The notes under the pieces were generated by a model that searched no databases, was not told the origin of the DNA, and worked only from the letters and a program-made list of their open reading frames with translations. Positions 63,096-64,000 of a stretch of 64,000 bases of DNA are shown piece by piece; positions within the stretch are counted from its first letter, which is position 1, and every line of letters starts with the position of its first letter. The translations under genes and the position numbers were made by a program. The DNA is from Pseudomonadota bacterium (GTDB lineage Bacteria > Pseudomonadota > Alphaproteobacteria > Paracaedibacterales > CAITNM01): the NCBI GenBank assembly GCA_046309815.1, contig JBKCOJ010000015.1, positions 43 through 64,042 on the forward strand, in the 5' to 3' direction.

Positions 63096-63793
63096 GACAA
63101 CCCAAGGTATTGTTTAATCTTTATCATGTCATGCCAAACTTGAGCTTTTTGCCCCGGCGAACGCATTAAGTAAGCAGGATGGTACGTCGCAAAGGAAGAA
63201 ATTGTCTCCCCTTGATGTGTTTTATACTCATGGAAGCGTCCTCGCAATTTCGTTATACCCTCTGTCGTTTTCAAAAGAGTTTTTGCAGATACTCCACCTA
63301 AAAAAATCAATAATTTTGGCCTTATCAATTGAATATGTTGCTCAACAAATGGCTGGCACATAGCAATTTCTTCATTTGTTGGTGTACGATTTCCAGGCGG
63401 TCGCCAAGGCAAAATATTCGCTATATATAGTTTAGTGCGATCTAAACCAATAGCTTGAAAAATTTTATTAAGAAGCTGACCGCTTTGCCCAACAAAAGGT
63501 AATCCTTGCGCATCCTCGTCTGCACCAGGCGCCTCTCCAATAAGCATGACATCTGCTTGAGGATTACCATCACAAAATACAGTGTTTAATGCAGTTTTTT
63601 TTAAGGCGCATTCATTAAAAGAAAGCATTGCATTTTTAAGCTCTTCTAATGTTTTGCAAGCGTAAGCTGGGTGCTCAGTTTTAATAATGGCAGCAATATG
63701 CTTCTCTCTCTGAATTTGTAGAGAAGAAGTTACATCTATAGGCGTGTCTTGGTAAATATAATCACAGCCCAAAGCCTTTAATGTATTACGCAT
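63092..63793 (-). CDS. uracil-DNA glycosylase, family 4
   Basis: GEAPGADED, PFVG, RPPGNRTP, YHPAYL. Confidence 0.93.
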   Translation of the reverse strand: MRNTLKALGCDYIYQDTPIDVTSSLQIQREKHIAAIIKTEHPAYACKTLEELKNAMLSFNECALKKTALNTVFCDGNPQADVMLIGEAPGADEDAQGLPFVGQSGQLLNKIFQAIGLDRTKLYIANILPWRPPGNRTPTNEEIAMCQPFVEQHIQLIRPKLLIFLGGVSAKTLLKTTEGITKLRGRFHEYKTHQGETISSFATYHPAYLMRSPGQKAQVWHDMIKIKQYLGLS

Positions 63794-63855
63794 ATGTTAT
63801 TGATTTATATACTGAAAGAAATGTACCAGTTTACTAGGAAAATTCCCAGCCAAAT

Positions 63856-63884
63856 AAAAAAAGCCTCATCAATATTGATGAGGC
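63856..63884 (-). terminator. Rho-independent terminator of tuf
   Basis: gcctcatcaat/attgatgaggc palindrome plus T7 tract on the minus strand. Confidence 0.85.
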
Positions 63885-63908
63885 CCAAAAATTTAAATAA
63901 TAGGTTAC

Positions 63909-64000
63909 TTATTTTTCAATTTTAGCGACGACGCCGGCACCAACCGTACGTCCACCTTCACGAATCGCAAAGCGTAATCCTTCATCCATCGCAATCGGTG
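63909..64000 (-). CDS. tuf: elongation factor Tu (3' end, partial)
   Basis: translates PIAMDEGLRFAIREGGRTVGAGVVAKIEK*. Confidence 0.97.
   Translation of the reverse strand, partial: PIAMDEGLRFAIREGGRTVGAGVVAKIEK

Overview
AT-rich chromosomal window from an alphaproteobacterium. PopZ, the alpha-type GyrA CTD insertion, DUF3035-M16-M16 and YfgM-BamB-Der point to this; the gene content suggests a Holosporales/Rickettsiales-like endosymbiont (inference). Most of it is housekeeping: bamE, glyQS, pgi, rpiB, uvrA, xerD, rimP-nusA-infB, def, der, NAD-GDH, putA, tRNA-Pro(GGG), popZ, gyrA, glnA, lipB, dut, lepA, UDG and the 3' end of tuf. There is also a small surface-glycan cluster and three tandem MFS paralogs. 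The most unusual part is 1-4400: four divergent, paralogous, signal-peptide-bearing beta-solenoid-like proteins with no translocator domain. Each is a stand-alone unit with a positionally conserved TTAA-N7-TTAA (CtrA-like) box, a strong Shine-Dalgarno and its own terminator. The array is interrupted by a small island holding a decayed dnaB 3' end and palindromic/tandem repeats. Other highlights are a secreted HD-domain protein that has lost its conserved His residues and a GyrA QRDR with D82N/S83L-equivalent residues. All family assignments come from motif recognition by eye; no database searches were run.
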